64,000 nt of DNA from an uncultured Fibrobacterota bacterium (lineage in GTDB: Bacteria; Fibrobacterota; Chitinivibrionia; Chitinivibrionales; FEN-1185): NCBI GenBank assembly GCA_963729895.1, contig CAVSQB010000011.1, forward strand, positions 27,441 to 91,440, read 5' to 3'. The translations under genes and the position numbers were made by a program. Of this stretch, positions 54,879 to 64,000 are shown piece by piece (position 1 is the first letter of the stretch; every line of letters starts with the position of its first letter). The notes under the pieces are model-generated. The model made no database searches. It saw nothing but the letters and a program-made list of their open reading frames with translations, and was not told where the DNA came from.

Positions 54879-56437
54879 ACCCGGGGCACCGAATGCCTCC
54901 GCCCGCCTGCCGAAGACCGCGACTCCTTCTTATCAATCCGTTCGCGGAGATAAAACAGTTCACGTCGAACGTCGGGTTCGCGCGGCTGATAGGCAAAAAA
55001 GCCGGGGCCACGCCGCTTGCGCTGCCCTTGCTGGCCTCGCTTGCTCCCGCCCATTGGGACGTGCGGATCATCGACGAAGAGCTCGAACCCGTTCCCGCCG
55101 GCATTACCGCGGACCTTGTGGGGATTACCGCGCTCTGCACCACCATCGACCGGGCATACACAATCGCGGACGGCTTTCGCGCCCGTAAAGTGCCGGTGGT
55201 CCTGGGAGGTCCGTATGTTACCTACAACGCGGACGAAGCGCTTTCCCATGCGGATAGCGTCGTGCTGGGCGAGGCCGAGGGGGTGTGGAAAGACCTTCTT
55301 GACGAGTGCGAAATGGGCGTGCTCGGCCGGACCTACCGGTCCTCGGCGCCCGCGGCGTTCAGGAATTCGCCGCCCCCCCGGTGGGACCTTGTCGACACCG
55401 CGCGCCTTGCCGCGCTGCCGGTCCAGGTGTCGCGCGGGTGCCCGTTTCATTGCGACTTCTGCCTCGTATCGGAAATGTTCGGCAGGACCATGCGCTACCG
55501 GGACATCGATGACATCGTCGCCGAAGTGAAGTCGCTTCCCAAGAAGACCCTTTTCTTTGTCGACGACAACCTGACTGCCGACAAGGCGTTCGCCCGCGAG
55601 CTCATGAAACGGCTCGCTCCGCTCGGCATCGCGTGGATCTGCCAGGCGAGCATCGAAGTCGCCGGGTTTCCCGACCTTCTTGCCGCCATGGCCGACGCCG
55701 GATGCATGCACATGCTGGTGGGTTTCGAATCTGTGAACGAAGCAAGCCTCAGCGAAGCGCACAAACGGCAGAACGACATCGGCCGGTACACGGAGGCGAT
55801 ACAGAGGATCCACCGCTGCGGCATCCAGGTGAATGCCTCCATGATTGTGGGATTCGACAACGACTCCCTTGACGAATTCGGCCGGATCCGGGAATTTCTG
55901 CGTGCTGCCGGCCTCTGGTATGTTAACCTGAACCTTCTGGACGCCATTCCGGGGACCGCGCTGCACCGCCGCATCGCGGCCGAAGGCAGGTGGTGCAACC
56001 GGCCGAACCGGCTCACGGGCGGCATGTTTCCCACGATGCGGTATGCGCGCATGTCGCAGACCGCCCTGTTCGATGCATACCTCGAAACCATGCGCACGAT
56101 GTATTCCTGGGAAGACTTGCACGACCGGATCGTTACGTTGTTTTCCACGGGATGGTTCAACCGCCCCGAGCACAACGCGGACATCGGTCTGCTTGACAAG
56201 ATTATGATGTCTTGCGCCATGGTCTGGAGATACCTTGTTGCGGCAAGGCCGGCCAAGCGGCGCGTCTTCTTGTCGCTGTTCCGGCTGATCCGGAGGCGCC
56301 GCGTTGCCCCGGAGAAAGTGGTGTTCTTTCTCCTTACCGTGGAGGGAATTCACCGGTTGTTTGATGAAATAACGCCGATGATTCCAAAGTGGCGAGAACA
56401 GTTTTTGGCGAGGGATAGGGAGCGTCGGTTTCCGTGA
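54875..56437 (+). CDS. B12-binding-domain radical SAM protein (DUF4070-type C-terminus)
   Basis: N-terminal cobalamin-binding-like LLINP..PLALPLLASLAP..DVRIIDE. Radical SAM cluster motif SRGCPFHCDFC. The start overlaps the tsaC stop (ATGA, 54875-54878). Confidence 0.8.
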   Translation: MNPGHRMPPPACRRPRLLLINPFAEIKQFTSNVGFARLIGKKAGATPLALPLLASLAPAHWDVRIIDEELEPVPAGITADLVGITALCTTIDRAYTIADGFRARKVPVVLGGPYVTYNADEALSHADSVVLGEAEGVWKDLLDECEMGVLGRTYRSSAPAAFRNSPPPRWDLVDTARLAALPVQVSRGCPFHCDFCLVSEMFGRTMRYRDIDDIVAEVKSLPKKTLFFVDDNLTADKAFARELMKRLAPLGIAWICQASIEVAGFPDLLAAMADAGCMHMLVGFESVNEASLSEAHKRQNDIGRYTEAIQRIHRCGIQVNASMIVGFDNDSLDEFGRIREFLRAAGLWYVNLNLLDAIPGTALHRRIAAEGRWCNRPNRLTGGMFPTMRYARMSQTALFDAYLETMRTMYSWEDLHDRIVTLFSTGWFNRPEHNADIGLLDKIMMSCAMVWRYLVAARPAKRRVFLSLFRLIRRRRVAPEKVVFFLLTVEGIHRLFDEITPMIPKWREQFLARDRERRFP

Positions 56438-56590
56438 GGTATTTTGCATTTCACCACTCAGCGGCTGCTCCAAGGCCCAAATATCCAAGCAAATCTCCGT
56501 GCGCCGCCCTCGGGTCGGGGCCGGCATTGCTTCGTCACTGTTGATTGTCAACCTGCAACAGCTTTGCACTTGACCGAACAGGGGCTCTCA

Positions 56591-56660
56591 CGTGGGTGCC
56601 CCCAGCAGATGTTTGAACTTTTTCACGGGAGGTGCCTGGGCGCACCCGGCACTGCTATCC
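56591..56660 (+). repeat. R1 family copy (leader + GGGCGCACCCGGCAC module)
   Basis: cgtgggtgcccccagcag ... ggtgcctgggcgcacccggcactgctatccagagg. Compare with 5281-5300 and 30759-30793. Confidence 0.75.
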
Positions 56661-56774
56661 AGAGGATTATTCAAGGCAACGTCCAGGGTATTTTGCCTTT
56701 ATCAAAAGTAAATACTATTTTCGTATATTCTGAAATTAAGAAGATCGTATTTTGAATCTTAATAGGAGGCGAAT

Positions 56775-57317
56775 GTGAAAATGGGCTTCTTTTTCTCCGG
56801 CATCTTCTGGGGCAGCGTCCTGATCCTGCTCGGCCTGTCGGTGATCGTCAGGATAGTGTTCAACATTCATGTTCCCCTCATGCGGATCATTTTCGCCCTC
56901 ATTCTCATTTACTTCGGCGTGCGGGTGCTTGTTGGCGGTTCGTGGTGCAGGTGGGGATGCAGCAACTCAAACACGGTCCTTTTCAGCGAGACCAAAACCG
57001 AATTTTCCAAGGACTCAAGCGAGTACAACGTCATATTCGGCAAGGGGGTGATCGGCCTGTCGGATCCGTTGCTTGCGGAGAAAAACAGGAAGATCAAGGT
57101 AAACACTATCTTCGGCTCCGCGGAACTGCGGATCAATCCGGCAGTCCCCGCCCTGGTGAGAGTGACCTCCGCGTTCGCAGGGGCCCGCATGCCCGACGGG
57201 AACACGATTTCTTTCGGCGAGTATATCTACAAAACAAAAAGTTATTCGGACGCTTCACCCTCGTTGCGCGTGGATGCAGCCGTTGTCTTTGGGGGATTGG
57301 AAATAAAGGACCACTAG
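56775..57317 (+). CDS. LiaF-like / DUF2154-like membrane protein
   Basis: Two N-terminal TM helices, then a beta-rich C-terminal domain (IFGSAELRI..VRVTSAFAGARM..AAVVFGGLEI). Start is GTG 56775 or ATG 56781. Confidence 0.5.
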   Translation: MKMGFFFSGIFWGSVLILLGLSVIVRIVFNIHVPLMRIIFALILIYFGVRVLVGGSWCRWGCSNSNTVLFSETKTEFSKDSSEYNVIFGKGVIGLSDPLLAEKNRKIKVNTIFGSAELRINPAVPALVRVTSAFAGARMPDGNTISFGEYIYKTKSYSDASPSLRVDAAVVFGGLEIKDH

Positions 57318-57639
57318 GCCTTTCGGTGTCTTCCTCCGTCAACGGGTCCGCTTTGAAAAGGCTTTTGTTGGGAAACAGATTACCGAACTTCCCTGGAAAG
57401 GCCCACATTTCATTGCACTGTGCGCTCATACTATCGCATCCGCAATCAATGCCTTAGTGTGTGTTTCCCTTGCCGGTATCTCTTACCCGGGGTAAGAAAA
57501 AACCTCTGGAATTCCCCTTGAGAGATCGTATTATTATAACGTGGACGGAATCAGAGGCATTATGAACGCTTCTTTCGCTCGGTATACGCGTGCGGACGCA
57601 ATTCCTGTTCGTCACCTCCAAGCATAGCAGGGTTTCATC

Positions 57640-58485
57640 ATGCCTAATCTCTATGAATATGTAAACTACCGGTTGTTTCTGCAGGACTTTCTCGCGGAAC
57701 ACAAGAAAGACTCGCAGCCGGATTTTTCCCACAAGGTGATCCTTGCCAAAATGGGAATTTCTTCCACCGGCTTTCTGTCCAACGTCATGGCAGGCAGGAA
57801 AAACCTCACGCCGATCCAGATCATCAAGCTTGCAAAAATCCTCAGGATGAACAAGGCGGAGTCCGCCTATTTCGAGGCGATGGTGTACTTTACGCAGGCG
57901 AAACTTATCGACGAAAAGAACGAGTATTTCAACCGGCTCGTGACGCTGCAAAAGGTAAATCTGAAAGTGCTCGACAAGAAGAAGATGTCCGTTTTTTCCA
58001 AATGGTACTATGTCGTGGTTCGGGAACTGCTGTATTTTTACAGGTATAACGGGACCAATCCGTCCGCCCTCGGCCACAAAGTGGAGCCGACCATCAGGCA
58101 TTCCGAGGCGGACCAGGCGATTCGCTACCTGGAGGAACTTGGTCTCATACAGAAAGATAAGGAAGGCTACTACAAACAGGTCGAGAACGCGGTGACGTCC
58201 GGCGATGAAGTGAAGTCGCTCCATCTCACCAATTTCCAGCTCGCCACGATGGACCTCGCAAAAAGGTCCATCCAGAAAATCCCTGCCGCGGAAAGGGACG
58301 TTTCGGTCCTGACAATGACCCTGTCTCCGGACACTTTCCAAATGGTAAAATCCGAACTGCAGCACATCAGAAAGCGGATCGCGAAAATCGCCGTGGACGA
58401 GGACAAGCCCGACAGGGTGTACCAGCTCAATATCCAGTTTTTCCCGGTTTCAAAGAAACCGGAAGTGCGTGCACCAAATGAATAG
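57640..58485 (+). CDS. TIGR02147-family (DUF4423) protein, putative HTH regulator
   Basis: Family-typical N-terminus YVNYRLFLQDFLAEHKK....FSHKVILAKMGISSTGFLSNVMAGRKNLT...I.KLAKIL.M...E..YF..MV.F. Confidence 0.7.
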   Translation: MPNLYEYVNYRLFLQDFLAEHKKDSQPDFSHKVILAKMGISSTGFLSNVMAGRKNLTPIQIIKLAKILRMNKAESAYFEAMVYFTQAKLIDEKNEYFNRLVTLQKVNLKVLDKKKMSVFSKWYYVVVRELLYFYRYNGTNPSALGHKVEPTIRHSEADQAIRYLEELGLIQKDKEGYYKQVENAVTSGDEVKSLHLTNFQLATMDLAKRSIQKIPAAERDVSVLTMTLSPDTFQMVKSELQHIRKRIAKIAVDEDKPDRVYQLNIQFFPVSKKPEVRAPNE

Positions 58486-60163
58486 GACGCCGCGCATGGT
58501 ATTCCCCCTGTTGTTTCGCGTGCTGTGCTGCGCGTGGACGGGCGCGTTTTTTTCCTGTTCGTTCAACATGGCGGGAAGCGTTACCGAAGGCGGGAACGTG
58601 GAAGTGGCGGGCGTCGTGGTCGCGCCGGACGGGAAACCCGTTTCCGGCGCGCAGGTGGCCCTCAGAACGAGTGACTACCTCACAGACACCGCGGGGATCA
58701 TGCCGCCGAGGAGCGCATTCGCCAATGCGGTCACCGACAACAATGGCCGGTTCAAGCTGGACTCGCTTGAAGCAGGGGAATATTGCATTACGGCAACCGT
58801 TGGGGAATCGCTTGCGATTTTGGTGAGGCTGGATGCCCGGCCCGGTTCCATCACGCTTCCGCCGGACACGCTTCGCGCCGCCTCCAAGATTTCAGGGGTC
58901 GTAGTCAACCAGTCGAAGGCGGCGAATGCAACGTATGTGCAGGTATTCGGCCTCGACAGGATTGCGAGGGTCGACAGTGCATCGGGAGCGTACCAGTTGA
59001 CGGCGATCCCGGAGGGGACCTACCGGCTGCAGGTTGAGGTGTCGTCGCCTTTGTTCAAGCCGCTTACGGTCCCCAACGTGACCTGTTCGCAGGGGCAGAT
59101 CAAGATCGTTGACACCATAGCCATTGCTCCGTTCTACGGCGAAGATTATTCGGTGTGGCCCTATTCCATGACCGTAAAATTTTATACGACTCCGGCCGGG
59201 GCATCTGTGGCGGGGACCGTGGTGAATTTCCCCGCGGTCGTGAGACTCAGGGGCCCTGTTTTCCCCTTTGGTCAATGCCTTGCCGACGGTCATGATCTCC
59301 GTTTTGCAAACGGCAAGGGAGTCCATCTTCCCTTTGAAATCGAACGGTTCGACCCGAGCGACAGCATAGCCGATGTCTGGGTCCTGGTGGATACTGTCAA
59401 GGGAAACGATTCGACGGCGATTACCATGTACTGGGGGAACCAGAATGCGGTGGCGCAATCGCTGGCGTCATCGGTTTTCGACACCGGCTCGGGCTACGAG
59501 GCCGTGTGGCACCTTAACAACAGAGGCCTTACCGACCGGGTGGACGCAACGGCCAACGCCGACAACGCAATACCTGCGCCGGGCACCTACGAAGGCGACG
59601 AGTGGACCTACGGGCTCATAGGCGGGTGCGACAGTCTTGACGACAACGACGACCACCTGGTTGCGCCGAGCATCAACCCGGGAAAAACCGTGACCCTCAG
59701 CATGTGGATCAACATGTACGAAATGACGGCTTCCCTCAGGCAATATTTCATCGGAAAACCAGGTCCCGTCTCGGGTAAACCGCCGTTCTATTCTCTCATG
59801 TTTTCGCAAATCGACAATCAAAGCGGCGCCTTGGCCATGAATGCCACGACAAACGGCAAGCCGGATTCTGTGAGCGGGGGGACTTTGACGCTTAACGCAT
59901 GGTACAACGTTGTCGGCACCTACGACGGCGCATCCTTGAAGGTATACGTAAACGGGGTCCTGGCTGGCAGCAAGCCGGTTGCCGGGCCGGTGGACACAAG
60001 CGCCGCCAATGTCTATATCGGCTACTACGATAAGCTGTCCCAGAAACTGCACGGCAAGATCGACGAGGTGAGGATCATGAAGACGACTGCGGGTGGCGAC
60101 TTCATAAAACTAAGCTACGAAAATCAGAAAGAGAACTCGACGATGGTCGGGTTCGGCAACTAG
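58469..60163 (+). CDS. Exported DUF2341 + LamG-like domain protein with an N-terminal carboxypeptidase-regulatory-like module
   Basis: Lipobox-like GAFFSCS. VAGVVVAPDGKPVSGAQVALR..TDNNGRFKLDSLEAGEY. HDLRFANGKGVHLPFEIERFD..MYWGN. GKIDEVRIMKTTAGGDFI. Start is 58469, 58478 or 58496; the first two overlap the upstream gene. Confidence 0.75.
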   Translation: MHQMNRTPRMVFPLLFRVLCCAWTGAFFSCSFNMAGSVTEGGNVEVAGVVVAPDGKPVSGAQVALRTSDYLTDTAGIMPPRSAFANAVTDNNGRFKLDSLEAGEYCITATVGESLAILVRLDARPGSITLPPDTLRAASKISGVVVNQSKAANATYVQVFGLDRIARVDSASGAYQLTAIPEGTYRLQVEVSSPLFKPLTVPNVTCSQGQIKIVDTIAIAPFYGEDYSVWPYSMTVKFYTTPAGASVAGTVVNFPAVVRLRGPVFPFGQCLADGHDLRFANGKGVHLPFEIERFDPSDSIADVWVLVDTVKGNDSTAITMYWGNQNAVAQSLASSVFDTGSGYEAVWHLNNRGLTDRVDATANADNAIPAPGTYEGDEWTYGLIGGCDSLDDNDDHLVAPSINPGKTVTLSMWINMYEMTASLRQYFIGKPGPVSGKPPFYSLMFSQIDNQSGALAMNATTNGKPDSVSGGTLTLNAWYNVVGTYDGASLKVYVNGVLAGSKPVAGPVDTSAANVYIGYYDKLSQKLHGKIDEVRIMKTTAGGDFIKLSYENQKENSTMVGFGN

Positions 60164-60191
60164 TTTACGGCGCCCGTCTCCCCAAAAAGAA

Positions 60192-60844
60192 TCATCCTCT
60201 GATCCGCGCAAGCCGCACGATCTCGACCCTCGTCTTTCCTTCATTTACGCGTTCTTCCCACGAAACCCGCGAACTGAATCCTGCGGCACGGGCAGCGATC
60301 TTAAAGGTATCCCACCATTGCCTGCACGGGTCAGCGACATAGGCAATGCCTGCGGGCCTGAGTGCACTGCAAAGAAAGCGGAGAACTGGTTCCACCCACC
60401 GCTGTTCGTAAATGATGTCCGACGCGATGACGCAGTCGAAGACGGGGGGAAACAAACGTGGCGCCAATCGGTACATACCACATGCGCCCCCCGGGCGTGC
60501 AGAAGCATGTTGTGCCGCGTAAATCGGCACGCGTCAAGAGCAATATCGGTTGCGACGCAGCGGACTTCCCTGTTGACAAGGACGGACGAGACGATGCCGA
60601 GGCCGCATCCAAGTTCGCAGACCAGCGCGGACGGCGGCAAAGCGGTGCCGGAATGGGCGGCCATGAAATTGAACAGCGCAAACGATGCCGGCCATTGTTC
60701 GGCCCAATAGGGAAGCAGCTTGTCTTTCTCGTATTCCTCGTCGGTCATGGCGTCGAGAATGCTTTCGGGGTCTGCGGGCCGCACAAACTCAAACGGTGCG
60801 CCCGCGCAGGGCATGGAAAAAGAAACGTGAGGAACACGGAGCAT
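60192..60844 (-). pseudogene. Class I SAM-dependent methyltransferase (Nnt1/lysine-MTase-like) split by a 1-nt frameshift
   Basis: ORF 60245-60844 carries LPYWAEQWPASFALFNFM..VCELGCGLGIVS..ATDI..TDWRH. ORF 60192-60530 carries FDCVIASDIIYEQRW..LRPAGIAYVADP. The frames meet at the G6 run at 60444-60449 (C6 on the coding strand); a seventh C would give ..DWRHVCFPPVFDCVIASD... Confidence 0.75.
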
Positions 60845-61107
60845 GGTGTAAAACTACCTTGCGCCGCTTTACCGCGTCGCATGATCCTTCTTCCGTCAGG
60901 CTGATCACCAACTTGTCCGGCGGGAATTGTGTGCCAAGCCTACCGCAGAAGCGGAAACGTGCAGCATCCGGCTGTGCTCAAACCGACCCGGGAGTTGCCC
61001 GAACAGGCCATTATTTGGGTTGACCGCGGCCCGAAGAAGGGGTATAATCAAGGTGCAAAAACGGCGGTTGAAGGGCGGCATTTTCACACAACAGGCGAGG
61101 ACCGGCG

Positions 61108-61356
61108 ATGAAGGGAAAATACTGCAAGCTCTACGACGAGACCCTTGTGCGCAACATCATGATCTCCACGGGCCTGGCGATTGTCGAGTATGTCAAGGAA
61201 TCAAAAAGCGTGGATGCGGTTGATATATGCGATTTTGTCGAGCAGAATGCCGAGCATATCATCGAGAACACCATCGAAGACATGAACCACGAGCTTTCCG
61301 ACGACCCGGCCGAGGCCGATGAGGAACCGGACGGGGAGGAACCGCCGTTTCCTTGA
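61108..61356 (+). CDS. Small acidic hypothetical protein (82 aa)
   Basis: RBS gagga 9 nt upstream of the ATG. Asp/Glu-rich C-terminus. No recognisable domain. Confidence 0.45.
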   Translation: MKGKYCKLYDETLVRNIMISTGLAIVEYVKESKSVDAVDICDFVEQNAEHIIENTIEDMNHELSDDPAEADEEPDGEEPPFP

Positions 61357-61420
61357 CGGCTGCACCTGCCCCGTGTTGCGCGGGCGGCCCACATCAATTA
61401 ATTTACTACACCGCATTTGG

Positions 61421-61504
61421 GCCGAGGTGGCGGAATTGGTAGACGCAGTGGACTCAAAATCCACCGAGAGCAATCTCATGAGAGTTCGATTCTCTCCTTC
61501 GGCA
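61421..61504 (+). tRNA. tRNA-Leu (anticodon CAA), class II with a long variable arm
   Basis: GCCGAGG TG GCGG AATTGGTAGA CGC A GTGGA CTCAAAA TCCAC CGAGAGCAATCTCAT GAGAG TTCGATT CTCTC CTTCGGC A. CCA is not encoded. Confidence 0.9.
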
Positions 61505-61675
61505 ATCCCCGAAAATGTAGTTTTTGATAAGAAGATCGCGGTCTCTTTTGTTCTCCTTGTATAACGCCGCAACTCCGGGAAATACCGCCGAACAGGGACT
61601 CCGTTATGTTGAAACGTTCTTGAGGCGACATAGGTTTCCGCCTAGTGAGGCCCCACGGCTTCCGCCCAAACAGAC

Positions 61676-61735
61676 GGGGCTACCCACGCGATCCGGAAAT
61701 CCGTTTTCCGGATCGCGTGGGTAGCCCCTGATTTT
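61676..61735. terminator. Bidirectional terminator: perfect 24-bp stem
   Basis: ggggctacccacgcgatccggaaa / tccgt / tttccggatcgcgtgggtagcccc, followed by tgatttt. Lies between tRNA-Leu (+) and the GH64 gene stop (-). Confidence 0.65.
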
Positions 61736-61750
61736 CGCAGATCAAAACAG

Positions 61751-63296
61751 TTACCAACCGATCGCGACCGCTATCCACTGGACATTGTTAATGCCCATAA
61801 ACGCCTGATGGCCGCCGTCGTCGTCATAGGCAAACCCGTAGCAGTAATTGTTTATCGACCGGCGGTGGCACCATCTTGAAAAATAATTGCACGGCGATGC
61901 TTGGTAGTAACTGGCGGAGTCATTGACGCGCCAGTTTGCAAACTGAGTGCCCTGGGGAAGCATTCCGACGTGCCTGTTGTAGGCGGCGCAATAATCGGGC
62001 GAAGCGCCCAAGTTCCCCGCACACGCCAAAACGTTCCAGGCAGTCTCTTTGCCGGGCGCGCCCGGGTTGTGGGCTATCACCGAATCCTGGTATCTTTCGA
62101 AATAATTTGCAAACACGCCGCCCGTGCTGTAATAGTTTGTAGCCATCATCTGGGGTGAATAGATATTGGCAAAATTCACTTGGGCAAGAGGGGTGAATTC
62201 CTTCGGCACCTCGTTCAGGAATTCATCAAATTTTGCCTGGCGTGTTTGAAAGAACGTTTCATAGTCGTCGCCCATTATAGTGTCGATACCGGTAGAAGTA
62301 TGGAGCCGGAAGGCTATTGGAAGCCTCCATCCGTCCACGCGGGTGGAATTACCGTTGAACATGTTGCCGTTCCAGTTAACTTCAAGAAAATCAAAATATC
62401 TGCTGTTGGAGTCGGTGGGATCAATATAGATGTAGAATCTTTCGCTGGCGATCGGCGTTGCATTCTGCTGGGAAAGCGGGGTCTTGTTCGCACCCCAGCA
62501 AATCTTGCTGTCCGGCCATGCGCCGTTGGTCCTGTTCAGGATAACAAACTGACCGTTCTTCGGATAGGTGCTCGTGTCACCCCAGAAGGCGGCGATTGAG
62601 GCCTTGTCGCCGGTCCATGTAGTGGTCTTCGTCAACACGAAATCGTAGTGTCCCACGAGCGTGTCAACCGGCGTGACTCCTATCGAGTAACCCGGCTCGG
62701 TTGCGCGCAGAGTGTCCACCATGGCTGCGAGTTTTTCCAGCCTGGCCTGGAATTCGGGAACGTTTTGAGCCATAGTTGCGCCCTGAACACGTGAAAGCGG
62801 CCGGAATTTTAAAACGGTTGTCGCGCCGTTGACGGTCACGCGAAGCAGATAGTACTGGGACGAAATTCCGCGTGTGTCAACCGATACTGAGTAATTTCCC
62901 CTGGCCTGGGCGCCGTCCATCACGTCCCGCACGTACCTGCCGGCAAGATCATACATGCTCATTTTCACCCAGGCTTTGCCCGGAAGAACGCTGAACAGTA
63001 CTCTGCCACCCGCGTACACCGGCTTTGAATAGACATCCAGCCCTATCTTCTTTGATTACGTTGACCGGAGGGCAAGCCCCTGTTCCCAGTTGGTAATTTC
63101 CGCCGGCGTCCGTTGTGACCAGGTACGGCGCTGGCCCATACCCGTTATCATACGTTGCCTGGCCCAGCCTGACCACCGTATGGGTCAGGGGATTCCCGTT
63201 CGGATCCGTAACCCTTCCGCAAATGTTGACAGTCTGGCAAAGAACAGACCCGGCGAAAAACGCCACCATCAGACACACCGCTGCTGATCTTTTCAT
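61751..63296 (-). pseudogene. GH64-like beta-1,3-glucanase with N-terminal signal peptide, carboxypeptidase-regulatory-like module and internal beta-sandwich; frameshifted
   Basis: ORF 62949-63296: signal peptide plus CGRVTDPNGNPLTHTVVRL..TDAGGNYQLG. ORF 61751-63019: VYAGGRVLFSV..MSMYDLAGRYV, then GH64-like blocks ERFYIYID, YFDFLEVNWNGNMFNGNSTRVDGWRLPIAFRL, CAAYNRHV, YGFAYDDDGGHQAF. The frames switch within about 63036-63058; removing one A from the atcaaagaag run joins them. Confidence 0.65.
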
Positions 63297-63671
63297 TTCA
63301 TCCCCCCTTTTTTTAATGATTAGGACTCAAAAAACGTACAATAGTCCCCTCGCCATTCTTACTCTTCTTCATTTTAGAGATCCTCACGCAGGCTGGAATG
63401 CGGTTGCCGGCCTACAGCTTAATCGCTAAAGAATTTCCAGGGCGTGAACTGTCCTGCCTTACACGTTCCGGCAACTGTTTCACACACTATAAGATACAAA
63501 AATATCCGTGAAATACCTTAGAAAAGTTTAACCAATTGGGGAAATCGCGCGGGAACCGGCAGCATCACACGCCGCATTTTTGTCGCAGGGGACCTTTCCG
63601 CGCCGAACGGTTGTCATCTATATTATTTTTAACCGGATCAATAAGTCCTGCAGGGTACAAAGGAGAACCGT

Positions 63672-64000
63672 GTGAACCATCGGCTCTTGGTCGCGGCTGT
63701 TGCTATTTTCCTGATTGTTGATTGCGGTACGAATCCGACCAAGCCTGCGGCGCCGGAGGCGCCTGCGATTACATCCGCCGTTGGTGGCGACAGAGAAATA
63801 ACGATTACCTGGGAGGCGGTCGGGGGTGCGTCGTCGTACAATCTTTACTGGGAGGTGGGAGACACGGTGGCGGCCGCCGGCGGACAGGAGGTCACGGGCG
63901 CTACTTCGCCATTTGTGTTGACGAGCTTGATAAACGGAGTTCGCTACGCAGTAGCGGTTACCGCTGTAGACTCCGCAGGGGAATCGGGATTGAGCCTGCC
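63672..64000 (+). CDS. Lipoprotein with a fibronectin type III-like domain; 3-prime end beyond the window; absent from the ORF track
   Basis: RBS aaaggaga, then GTG 63672. My translation reads VNHRLLVAAVAIFLIVDCGTNPTKPAAPEAPAITSAVGGDREITITWEAVGGASSYNLYW..TSPFVLTSLINGVRYAVAVTAVDSAGESG. Confidence 0.65.
   Translation, partial: MNHRLLVAAVAIFLIVDCGTNPTKPAAPEAPAITSAVGGDREITITWEAVGGASSYNLYWEVGDTVAAAGGQEVTGATSPFVLTSLINGVRYAVAVTAVDSAGESGLSL

Noticed and set aside
54683-56569. 628-aa minus-strand ORF
   Set aside because: It is antisense to the radical SAM gene, whose CPFHCDFC cluster motif and B12-domain N-terminus identify the plus strand as coding.
5281-56660. Whether the recurring motifs form a CRISPR array
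   Set aside because: The copies are scattered over 50 kb, vary in length and module content, are not regularly spaced, and no cas genes are present. They behave as dispersed REP/MITE-like repeats.

Overview
GC-rich bacterial chromosomal segment with about 50 protein genes, 2 tRNAs, one intact IS element plus IS debris, and many intergenic repeat elements. The gene content suggests a Fibrobacterota/FCB-group-like organism, by inference only: a TIGR02147-family protein, DUF2341/LamG exported proteins, secreted proteins with carboxypeptidase-regulatory-like N-terminal modules and beta-sandwich C-terminal tails, and large TPR proteins. Main blocks: (1) 1-8715, peptidoglycan turnover: M23 peptidase, MltD-like lytic transglycosylase and two exported proteins on the minus strand, divergent from a translationally coupled namZ-murU-amgK MurNAc salvage operon. 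(2) 8716-13930, IS4-family element with target-site duplication, nested in IS5-type debris, plus a DUF2341/LamG protein and mosaic repeats. (3) 13934-22361, CE4 deacetylase plus a putative barrel protein, an atypical tRNA-Lys next to a stand-alone DUF2156 (aminoacyl-phosphatidylglycerol synthase-type) gene, exported proteins, and an aldo/keto reductase. (4) 22342-30307, DUF2127/DUF4954/DUF362 genes, Fe-SOD, and an oxidoreductase. (5) 31026-39958, an atypical six-gene Opp/Dpp-like ABC locus led by an 800-aa orphan lipoprotein and interrupted by two repeat elements. (6) 40036-52162, CAP and SRPBCC proteins, a TPR-NUDIX-FAD oxidase operon, a MazEF-type toxin-antitoxin pair with a palindromic operator, and aroF-HAD-giant TPR. 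(7) 52408-56437, purD-purE-tsaC-B12 radical SAM. (8) 56775-64000, a TIGR02147 gene coupled to a DUF2341/LamG gene, two frameshifted genes (methyltransferase, GH64 glucanase), tRNA-Leu, and an FN3 lipoprotein fragment. No CRISPR array, rRNA, prophage or recognisable multi-gene defence system was seen. The leads most worth follow-up are the tRNA-Lys/DUF2156 pair, the orphan-lipoprotein ABC locus, and three intergenic repeat families. All functional calls rest on my reading of motifs in the supplied translations; no database search was run.
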